Shown: positions 54,694 to 62,801 of the stretch, in pieces
How positions within the stretch are numbered: the first letter of the stretch is position 1
How the letters are laid out: each line of letters begins with the position of its first letter
Virus record (IMG/VR): IMGVR_UViG_3300043775_001834
Span: 1-64,000 of that record
Source of the DNA: a virus
Length of the DNA: 64,000 nucleotides
Direction: 5' to 3' (one strand)
The notes under the pieces: model-generated
Told to the model about the DNA's origin: nothing
The model's input: only the letters and a program-made list of their open reading frames with translations
Databases searched by the model: none
Position numbers and translations under genes: made by a program

Positions 54694-55345
54694 ACTTGAT
54701 TTTACAGATATTGACGAAATGATTGAACCGCTTATTTTAGAGATTTACCTAAATAGTAATAATTATAAGGATCGTTTGTTAATAACCGATCTAAAAAAGA
54801 AGGCTCAAATCGTAAAATTACCAATGATTGATGATTCGTCTTTCTATGTAAAATCCGAAGAAGTTAGCGATATTCTATATGAAAAACATCGAAAAGATAT
54901 CAAGAATTACCAATCGACTCCAGTATCTACATTTATAGAATCTGCAAATTCAGTATTTTATATTGAAGCCATTCTCAGAGAATTTGATTCATTAAAGTAC
55001 TTTAAAGTTAACGTATCAGATAAAAGCATATCCAGAGATACATCTAACCTATTTGAATATAAAATCATGCATTCAAAAATGGACTTGGCTAATTCGGTTG
55101 ACGATGATTTTTTAGAAATGTGCGTTACAGTATTTAAAAACATAGGCATATATCGTACCTCTACATTTTACCCACAGCCTTATCTAGAAGTATCAATCCG
55201 AGATTTATTTTATAAACTCATAGATTATCGAGAGCAATTCGACAAAGAAGACGACGAGTACTTAGACGTAGTAGATATTATGATGATGTTCGGAAACAAA
55301 TTAGAACGAGATAATGCTACTTGTCTGGTAATATTGCAAAAATAA
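54683..55345 (+). CDS. Hypothetical protein
   Basis: ORF track. Confidence 0.6.
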   Translation: MSDKLDFTDIDEMIEPLILEIYLNSNNYKDRLLITDLKKKAQIVKLPMIDDSSFYVKSEEVSDILYEKHRKDIKNYQSTPVSTFIESANSVFYIEAILREFDSLKYFKVNVSDKSISRDTSNLFEYKIMHSKMDLANSVDDDFLEMCVTVFKNIGIYRTSTFYPQPYLEVSIRDLFYKLIDYREQFDKEDDEYLDVVDIMMMFGNKLERDNATCLVILQK

Positions 55346-55391
55346 GAGGAACTTTTAGTATAAATAACTAAACAAAAATCTTATTTACGAT

Positions 55392-55778
55392 ATGCCTGGT
55401 ACAGATCCTAAAATAGAGGAAATCTTAAATTCTCTTAAATTAATTACTGAGAAATTACCAAATGGTGAATTAGAAAGCATCAAAAGAGTAATGGATTCCT
55501 TTTCTAACACTCAATCCGAAATTAAAGAAGACCTTGAATATTTCAAAAAGCGTCTTTTTAATCCAGATGATGGAGTAATTGTTAGAATAAACAAAAATAC
55601 GGAATCTATTGCTAGATACGAAGATGATATCGATCAAATAGTTGATATCAAAAATCGTGTAGATAATTTAGAAAAATGGCAAGGTGGAGTTAATAAAGCT
55701 TTATGGTTTGTATTTACTTCGATTGCTGGTTTAGTTATCGCACTTATATTTTCTTTGATTACGGTAAAAACAAAATAA
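55392..55778 (+). CDS. Coiled-coil protein with C-terminal TM helix (holin/XhlA-like)
   Basis: RVDNLEKWQ then hydrophobic helix; TATAAATA at 55359. Confidence 0.45.
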   Translation: MPGTDPKIEEILNSLKLITEKLPNGELESIKRVMDSFSNTQSEIKEDLEYFKKRLFNPDDGVIVRINKNTESIARYEDDIDQIVDIKNRVDNLEKWQGGVNKALWFVFTSIAGLVIALIFSLITVKTK

Positions 55779-55782
55779 ATAA

Positions 55783-57651
55783 ATGCGTTATAGCTACGAG
55801 TTTATCTCAAATAACCTTACGTATAATGCCGGTGATACTCTATTAATAGACTTCGCAAATTACTTTCCTTACGTTAAATCTATTGAATCAATTAAATTTG
55901 ATTTATCTCCACTAGAAACTAATGACAATGGTCATGATATTTTTATTAGATGGACATATGATATTCAACAATTAGATAGAGCAGTAGGAAAGCCTCATGT
56001 TGTATGGTCAGCATGGGAACAAATAACTGAGCTAGGTATTCAAGGTGAATTTTCAAGAAGAATTTTTAATAAAATTGTTAGACAAACAAATCCTTATACC
56101 GAAAGAAATTCAGATTCGTTTGACCTTCAAATTAGGTTGGTTAGGAGAGGAACTTCTAGTGGAGGTCGACAATTAAACAATATTACTATTGATGTAACCG
56201 ACGGTTGGATTCCAGAAGAACCGGCAATACCTGTAATAACAAAAGGTGGTTGCAAAGCCACATCATGTCCTACTACCAATTTTGGTACCGGAGTTACAAT
56301 TGCATGTGATTCTAATTTATTTAGACCATATGATATGATGGGTCCAGCTATTAAGTTATACCATGAAATGGCTTGTTCAGTATCAGAAATGTTCGGACAT
56401 TGTGTTAGATATTTCAAAACTGAGGCTAATTTAGAATCGGCAGACCCAATCCTTAAAGAATATTCGTTGTATACGGTAACTGACGTAAAAGACATCAAAA
56501 TATTACTTCCTGACAACAATATCCCGGATAACGCTATTAATTTCCTACCATATGACATGGACTTTGGTGAAAGTTTAGAAGTTCATATTGTTAGAGAACA
56601 CTTCCACCGAGCCTTTGGTGATGATAATTTACCAGAACAAAAAGATTACATTTATTTTCCTTTACTTGATAGAATATTCGAAGTTCATTCGAGCTATTTG
56701 TTTAGAGATTTTATGGCTGATCAAGTTTATTACAAATTGAGCTTATATAAATGGCAAGATAAATTGAATGTAATGAGAGAAAATCCAGAAATCGATCAAT
56801 ACGTAGATAGCATACATACTAGTTTAGATGAAGTTTTAGATGCAGAGATTCAAAAAGAATATATTGAAATCACTAAACCGCAGCATTATCAAACGATAGC
56901 TATTGGTGGATACGATCATATTAGAAGTCATATTAACGAAAATTTAATAATCGAAACAAAAGACTTAACTAATTATTTTACGGTAGTTGGTAAATATTTC
57001 TACGATTTAACTAAAGGAATGACATGGCACGACATTGCAGCTCAATACAAGCAATTAGTTAATCGAGGTGACAATGACAACACTTCCTTTACGATGTGGT
57101 TTAAACCTCAGCATTTATCTAGTAGCACAAATACTTATGATACTTTAATTGAAGGTTTCAATGAATCTGAAAATAAAGGATTTCAAATCAATTTAGATTA
57201 TAATGGACAATCCGCATCGAGTATAACTGTTAAATCTAATGCACATACTTTGAAATTTGAAAAGAATTTCCCTACATTAAGTAATAATGATTGGTATGGT
57301 CTTTGTGTTAATCACATGAATGAATTTGGTCAGATTGCAGTTTATATTTGGAAGATGGGCTATGATTCTACAATGCCACCTAGAGGACAACAGAAAACTA
57401 CTAATTTACAATTGATATTCTCTGAGGTAATCGATATCAATTATAAAGAAGCTATTAATCCAACAAATACGCCTTTCTTATTAAGAGCTGGTACAATATA
57501 CTTAACAAATATCAGAGTTTGGAATGAATCAATTGAGGAAGAAAAACAACCTATTATGCTAAATCAATATGTTGTTAAAGACAACGATTTTGGATTAATA
57601 ATTGACAATGCCGTACCACCAATAAAATTAGTCAGGGAGTATGTTCGTTAA
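55783..57651 (+). CDS. gp14: Neck protein (gp14-like core) with N- and C-terminal extensions (LamG-like C-terminus)
   Basis: FGHCVRYF...DPILKE, PEQKDYIYFPLLDRIFEV parallels gp14 PKEGDLIYFP..LFEI; SFTMWFKP...NIRVWN. Confidence 0.65.
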   Translation: MRYSYEFISNNLTYNAGDTLLIDFANYFPYVKSIESIKFDLSPLETNDNGHDIFIRWTYDIQQLDRAVGKPHVVWSAWEQITELGIQGEFSRRIFNKIVRQTNPYTERNSDSFDLQIRLVRRGTSSGGRQLNNITIDVTDGWIPEEPAIPVITKGGCKATSCPTTNFGTGVTIACDSNLFRPYDMMGPAIKLYHEMACSVSEMFGHCVRYFKTEANLESADPILKEYSLYTVTDVKDIKILLPDNNIPDNAINFLPYDMDFGESLEVHIVREHFHRAFGDDNLPEQKDYIYFPLLDRIFEVHSSYLFRDFMADQVYYKLSLYKWQDKLNVMRENPEIDQYVDSIHTSLDEVLDAEIQKEYIEITKPQHYQTIAIGGYDHIRSHINENLIIETKDLTNYFTVVGKYFYDLTKGMTWHDIAAQYKQLVNRGDNDNTSFTMWFKPQHLSSSTNTYDTLIEGFNESENKGFQINLDYNGQSASSITVKSNAHTLKFEKNFPTLSNNDWYGLCVNHMNEFGQIAVYIWKMGYDSTMPPRGQQKTTNLQLIFSEVIDINYKEAINPTNTPFLLRAGTIYLTNIRVWNESIEEEKQPIMLNQYVVKDNDFGLIIDNAVPPIKLVREYVR

Positions 57652-57676
57652 TCGGAGGTATTCCATTATCATTCTG

Positions 57677-57684
57677 GATATATA
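57677..57684 (+). promoter_or_regulatory. Late promoter GATATATA of GIY-YIG endonuclease
   Basis: Recurrent intergenic motif. Confidence 0.65.
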
Positions 57685-57696
57685 AAATAAAACTTT

Positions 57697-58563
57697 ATGT
57701 TTTATTGCTATATATTACTAGATCCTACTAAGCCAGGAATTTATCAATATGAAAATTTCAAATTTGATTTCGAACCCTTTTATGTAGGTAAAGGCAAATC
57801 AAATAGAATTAATTCTCATGATAAAATAAAAGATACAAAGACTCATAAAGGAGCAAAAATACAGAAGATTAAAAAATTAGAGTTAGAAGTTATTAAAATC
57901 AAATTATTTGAAAATTTAACTGAATCAACATCTTTTGAATTAGAGGTATCAACTATTTCTATTATTGGTAGAAAAGACAAATCTAAAGGCCCTTTACTTA
58001 ATTTAACTGATGGAGGTGAAGGTACTTCAGGTAAAATTTACACTAAAGAAGAAAAATTGCATAAATCAATTAAATCAAAAGAATGGTGGTTTTTATTAAA
58101 AGAGGATAGAATTAGTTATGAAGATTATATTAAAAAACTATCATCCGGAGTATCAAAAGCTCAAACCGGAGTTCCTTATGAAATTAGATATGGAGATCGA
58201 GCCGAAGAAATAAGAATTAAAAAATCTGAATGGACTAAAGAAAATTTTCATAGAACTGGATTAGGTCAAATGGATTTTAAAGGAGAGAATAATCCTATGT
58301 TCGGTAAATCTATAAAAGATATATGGATTGAAAAATATGGCATAGAAGAAGCTGAAATCAAACATAAAGAGTGGATCGCTAATAAATCTGGTAAAATTCC
58401 TCATAATAAATTAAATATTCAAATTTCTCAAAAAGATAAAGAAGGTAATTTAATAAAAATATGGAACGGATATCCGGAAGGATTTTCTAAACCGAATATA
58501 TGTAAAGCTCTCAAAGGTGAAAGAAAATTTGCTAATGGATTTATATGGGAATATGTTAGATAA
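57697..58563 (+). mobile_element. Free-standing GIY-YIG homing endonuclease with NUMOD-type DNA-binding modules
   Basis: FYCYILLDP...FYVGKG..R, LE, LLNLTDGGEG; GENNPMFGK; NICKALKG...GFIWEY. Confidence 0.85.
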
Positions 58564-58581
58564 ATAAATAAAGAAATAATT

Positions 58582-58857
58582 ATGAAACATATACTAACAT
58601 TCGAAGAATTCTTAAACGAATCAACGATAAAAGAAAGCGCAGAAGCATTCAACATATCTACGATAAAAATAAAAGATGTTGTAGAATTAACAAATACTAG
58701 GACTGGTGATGTAGGACAATACACGGTAAAGAAAATACATGGTGGTTCAAGTAATATCAAAGAGATTGAATTATTGAACCGTAGTAAACAACCTCTAATT
58801 TTGTATTATAGTAAAGAACGTGGCCTACAAAACTTTAAAGGAGATACTTACAAATAA
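58582..58857 (+). CDS. Putative internal head protein
   Basis: MKHILTFEEFLNES leader; GATAAATA at 58559. Confidence 0.65.
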   Translation: MKHILTFEEFLNESTIKESAEAFNISTIKIKDVVELTNTRTGDVGQYTVKKIHGGSSNIKEIELLNRSKQPLILYYSKERGLQNFKGDTYK

Positions 58858-58868
58858 AAGAAATAATC

Positions 58869-59417
58869 ATGAAACATTTACTAACATTTGGTGAGTTCTT
58901 AAATGAAGCTAAATCTATCTCTGATTTATCTTCTAGAGATGAACAGCCTATGATTAAAGGAATTGCTGAAATTATTAATCGAGTAAAAGATCCTGTAAAT
59001 AAAAGAGAAATGGTAGATGCATCAATCGAAGATTTTAAGAGAGAAGGAATTAACTTTGATTATGAAGAATTTAGAGATATTTGCAACGAAGAATTAATAA
59101 ATGAAGCAACTGATATTAAATTTGACGCTAAAGAATTTTTATCTGATTTAGAATCGAAAAACATAATAGATACAGGTGGGTATTTGTCATCAACTGGCAA
59201 CGGAGCTCGAGGAAAAAATAAATTATTCATTACTTCGTCTAAATATCAAGACTATGATGATTTCAATGCCATTATAAAAAATACATATAAAACAGTAGGT
59301 TCTACTTCTATGTCATCTGACGTATATACAAATGGAAAAATTCATTTTTTCTTTTATCCTACTAGAGGAAATGGAAATTATGAAATAGTAATTAGGAGAA
59401 AAAATTACAAAAGATAA
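58869..59417 (+). CDS. Putative internal head protein
   Basis: MKHLLTFGEFLNEA leader; internal LINEA. Confidence 0.65.
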   Translation: MKHLLTFGEFLNEAKSISDLSSRDEQPMIKGIAEIINRVKDPVNKREMVDASIEDFKREGINFDYEEFRDICNEELINEATDIKFDAKEFLSDLESKNIIDTGGYLSSTGNGARGKNKLFITSSKYQDYDDFNAIIKNTYKTVGSTSMSSDVYTNGKIHFFFYPTRGNGNYEIVIRRKNYKR

Positions 59418-59438
59418 CCACATATAAGCCATATAATG

Positions 59439-59476
59439 ATGTGCAAGAGACTTTTTAAGTTTTTTGCACATTTTTT
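59439..59476 (+). terminator. Terminator hairpin
   Basis: ATGTGCAAGAGACT...AGTTTTTTGCACAT followed by T-run. Confidence 0.75.
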
Positions 59477-59481
59477 GATTA

Positions 59482-59592
59482 TATGAAACTCGGCCACTCT
59501 CGAGGTCATATAACGATTACTTGGATTCGAGGAAAATGATATATCTAGTTCCGAGGTAAGCCCAGCCGAGCCAAGGACCCAACCGAGGTTTG
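59482..59592 (+). repeat. Copy B of the non-coding promoter-plus-CCRAGG element (inverted copy A at 2469-2569)
   Basis: GAAAC (59485)-N17-CATATAA (59507), then CGATTACTTGGATTCGAGGAAA...TTCCGAGG...GCCAAGG...CCGAGGTTTG. Confidence 0.85.
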
Positions 59593-59599
59593 TAATAAG

Positions 59600-59607
59600 G
59601 ATATATA
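59600..59607 (+). promoter_or_regulatory. Late promoter GATATATA of terminase operon
   Basis: Recurrent intergenic motif. Confidence 0.65.
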
Positions 59608-59627
59608 ATACAATACTACAAGATTAT

Positions 59628-60260
59628 ATGGAAGAAAACAACCAAGACCCTATTAGAAAATCAATAGAAGATTTATTAAGAGAAGATAGCACACAAGGGC
59701 TACCGGCTCAATCAGTAGGGCTTCCTGCATTTTTACCTTCAGAACCTATGGATTATGACGAATTGAAAACTTCTTCAATGACCAAATCCAAAAAGGTAAT
59801 GGGTTCCTTACTTAAATTTTATCTTTCACAAGAGTTGATAGATAAAAACGAATACATTCGAGCAAAAGCTAATCTAGAAATAACCACTCTATCTTCATTA
59901 ATACAACAAATGGAAATGTCGGAAAGGGCAATCACTATTTTGATGCGGAGTATTGATACCGGAGAAACTTCACCTCGTATGTTTGAGGTTTTAGGAGGTT
60001 TACAAAAGACTTTATTAGATATAATGAAACATCAAACTCTTCATATGATGGCAGCTGAGGAAAATATGAAAAAAATGAGAAGAGATATCGATATCTATCA
60101 AAATACTATAAATACTACTACCGCAAAAATAGAACAACAAGGAACTCAAACATCTAGAGGTACTCGAAATTTAATGAGAGAAATTCAAGCTGAATTAGGC
60201 AACGAAGAACCTGAAGTAGATCCTTACGATTTTGATTCTGAAGAACAAAACGAAATATGA
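59628..60260 (+). CDS. gp16: Terminase small subunit (gp16-like)
   Basis: SPRMFEVLGGL parallels gp16 SPRHMEVFATL; upstream of TerL. Confidence 0.65.
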   Translation: MEENNQDPIRKSIEDLLREDSTQGLPAQSVGLPAFLPSEPMDYDELKTSSMTKSKKVMGSLLKFYLSQELIDKNEYIRAKANLEITTLSSLIQQMEMSERAITILMRSIDTGETSPRMFEVLGGLQKTLLDIMKHQTLHMMAAEENMKKMRRDIDIYQNTINTTTAKIEQQGTQTSRGTRNLMREIQAELGNEEPEVDPYDFDSEEQNEI

Positions 60261-60961
60261 AAAACTTAGATATTGCTAGCACTTTTCTTAAATTTGGAGA
60301 TTTTCAACGAAAAGGTCATATGGAAAAAGAGCTAGATCCTCGACAAATAACTAGAATCAATGACGAAAATTCTGCTTATAAATCCTCTTCAATTTACTTA
60401 ACTTTTGATTTATGTCCTTCTCATAGTTTGGACATGAAAGTTATTAAATGGTTAGAAGATAATAAAGCCGGTGCAACTTTTTTTGTTAATGTTGATTGGC
60501 TTAATGTTAATAAAGATGAAGACTTTTCATTCTTAACTAATCCGCAATTTACGATAGGTGGACATGGTTTTAAACATGTCGATAATCTAAAGCAATCAAA
60601 TTTTCAACAGGCATTAGATATTCATGCATGTTATGACGATTTGAGTAAAAGATTTAAAGAACTTATTAAATGGTATCGAGTTCCTTTTGGACATCCAACT
60701 GAAACTACATTTAAAGAACTTTCTAAATTAGGCTTAAAGTGTGCATCTTGGTCCGGACCGGTTCTTGATAGAGAGGCTAAAGAAATATCACAAAAAAATG
60801 AGAAAGAATACCAAACTTTCTTCGATCTTAGTTTAAGATCTGGAGATTTGCTGATTCTACATGCAAACGGCACTGGTATTGATACAATCGAAATACTTGA
60901 GAAATTAAAGAAAATTGCTCAAGAACGAGGGTATATTTTTGACAAACTCCCAAATGTTTAA
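60257..60961 (+). CDS. Polysaccharide deacetylase (NodB/CE4-like)
   Basis: YLTFD, ATFFV, HGFKH, YRVPFG, ILHANG. Confidence 0.8.
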   Translation: MKNLDIASTFLKFGDFQRKGHMEKELDPRQITRINDENSAYKSSSIYLTFDLCPSHSLDMKVIKWLEDNKAGATFFVNVDWLNVNKDEDFSFLTNPQFTIGGHGFKHVDNLKQSNFQQALDIHACYDDLSKRFKELIKWYRVPFGHPTETTFKELSKLGLKCASWSGPVLDREAKEISQKNEKEYQTFFDLSLRSGDLLILHANGTGIDTIEILEKLKKIAQERGYIFDKLPNV

Positions 60962-62753
60962 GGTAAAAGAATATAAAGAAGATAAACAAAAAGATGACGG
61001 TAGAGTAATTTGGACAACTGAAAAGGTCTATAAATTACTTGACGCCATGGAAGAAGGTTATCAAGCTTCAGATCATCCATTCTATGAAGGAGATCCAAAC
61101 TATAAAAAGGGCAATATAGTTTACGAATACACTGATATGGAGTATGACGAAATTAAAAGATGCGCTAAAGACATCATTCACTTTGCAAATACTTATTGCC
61201 AAGTAATGACGGATGAAGGTTATATGAAAATACAACTTCGTCCATATCAAGAAACCGTACTTAAATCCTATCAAGACAATCGATGGAGCATATTTGTTGC
61301 ACCACGTCAGATAGGTAAAACAATTACTTCGTCTATATTTTTGACTTGGTATCTCTTATTTCACTTTGATAAAAACGTACTTCTTATGTCGAATAAGGGT
61401 GCTACAACAAAAGAAATTATGGATAAAATTAAGGCAATTATGGAAGGACTTCCATTTTTCCTTAAACCAGGTGTACTTAAAAAAGACGTAATGACTATGA
61501 TGTTCGATAATCGATGTCGAATCATAGGACAAAATACTACAAAAACTGGCGGTATTGGTTTTACTATCCATCTTTTATTTTTAGATGAGTTTGCTCATAT
61601 TCCTGAAGGAATTAAACGTCCTTTCTATGAAAACGTTTATCCTACACTATCCTCATCGAAAATTTCAAGAATGATTATTACTTCAACTCCTAATGGATTC
61701 GATTTATTCCAGGAGCTGTATCAAGGAGCTATCGATGGAGCTAATGAATACACTCCGTTAAGGGTAGATTGGTGGGATGTTCCAGGAAGAGATGAAGCAT
61801 GGAGAGCTAGAGAGATTGGTAACTTAGGTTCCGAAGAAGCTTTTAATCAACAATATGGCTGCCAATTCTTATCATCATCTTCATTATTACTTACATCTGA
61901 GCAGATAAATAAGTTAGTAAAAGAAGAGAAGGAATTTGAGTTTAGGGAAATAGATACTTTAGATGATTTATGTATTGATTACTCTCAATTAAAATGGGAT
62001 CCAGACTTTGACGTTGATGATATCGAAGATAAATCTAATTTCTTTATTTGTACGATTGATTTAGCAGAAGGAATAGGTAGAGATTATACGATTTTGAATA
62101 TTTTTAAAGTAGTTCCTTTGCGTGAATTTGATATGGATGCATTAGTTGCACCAGGTCACGTTTCAGATTTCTTTGGATTAGAACAAGTAGGTATTTTTAG
62201 ATCAAATATTCATAATCTAGGAGAATTTGCAAAAATACTTTATTGTCTGTCAGTTAAATATTTCTTTCAAGATAATTTGCGCCTGATTATTGAATATAAC
62301 ACATATGGATCAACTTTAATTAAACACTTAACTACATTATATCCTGCAAGTAATGATTTTGATGAAGAAACTTTAGTAAAATACACTCATCGTTTAGGAA
62401 ATAAAACAAAAGAATTTGGTGTTAGGATAAATAGAGAGAACAAGATGCTATACTGTGAAAAGTTAAAGCAATGTGTGCAAAAAGGACAATTGATAATTAA
62501 AGATCCTAGAACAATTCTAGAAGCTAAGATGTTTTCAAGAAATCCAAATGGTACATATTCAGCTCAAACCGGAAACGATGATTGTGTAATGTCATGTGTA
62601 ACTGCTTCGTCGTTTTTTGAAACTTTAGATTACAATGAAATTATTGAAGAGTATTTTGATAATATTGACGAAGAATTACAAAATAAAATAGACTTAATCT
62701 TAGAAAATTCCGATCCAGGTGAAGACGAAGATTTTTATAGTTCTATGTTTTAA
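60954..62753 (+). CDS. gp17: Terminase large subunit (start revised to ATG 60954)
   Basis: LRPYQ, PRQIGKT, LDEFAHI, TSTPNG, DLAEGIGRDY, NDDCVMS. Confidence 0.93.
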   Translation: MFKVKEYKEDKQKDDGRVIWTTEKVYKLLDAMEEGYQASDHPFYEGDPNYKKGNIVYEYTDMEYDEIKRCAKDIIHFANTYCQVMTDEGYMKIQLRPYQETVLKSYQDNRWSIFVAPRQIGKTITSSIFLTWYLLFHFDKNVLLMSNKGATTKEIMDKIKAIMEGLPFFLKPGVLKKDVMTMMFDNRCRIIGQNTTKTGGIGFTIHLLFLDEFAHIPEGIKRPFYENVYPTLSSSKISRMIITSTPNGFDLFQELYQGAIDGANEYTPLRVDWWDVPGRDEAWRAREIGNLGSEEAFNQQYGCQFLSSSSLLLTSEQINKLVKEEKEFEFREIDTLDDLCIDYSQLKWDPDFDVDDIEDKSNFFICTIDLAEGIGRDYTILNIFKVVPLREFDMDALVAPGHVSDFFGLEQVGIFRSNIHNLGEFAKILYCLSVKYFFQDNLRLIIEYNTYGSTLIKHLTTLYPASNDFDEETLVKYTHRLGNKTKEFGVRINRENKMLYCEKLKQCVQKGQLIIKDPRTILEAKMFSRNPNGTYSAQTGNDDCVMSCVTASSFFETLDYNEIIEEYFDNIDEELQNKIDLILENSDPGEDEDFYSSMF

Positions 62754-62774
62754 CCCAAATTTCATCTAATGGAT

Positions 62775-62782
62775 GATATATA
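62775..62782 (+). promoter_or_regulatory. Late promoter GATATATA of tail sheath
   Basis: Recurrent intergenic motif. Confidence 0.7.
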
Positions 62783-62801
62783 ATAAAAAAATAATAGCAA
62801 T

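Noticed and set aside
59421-59436. Two CATATAA copies after ORF 58869
   Set aside because: No matching upstream box at 17 nt and immediately followed by a terminator; not called as promoters.
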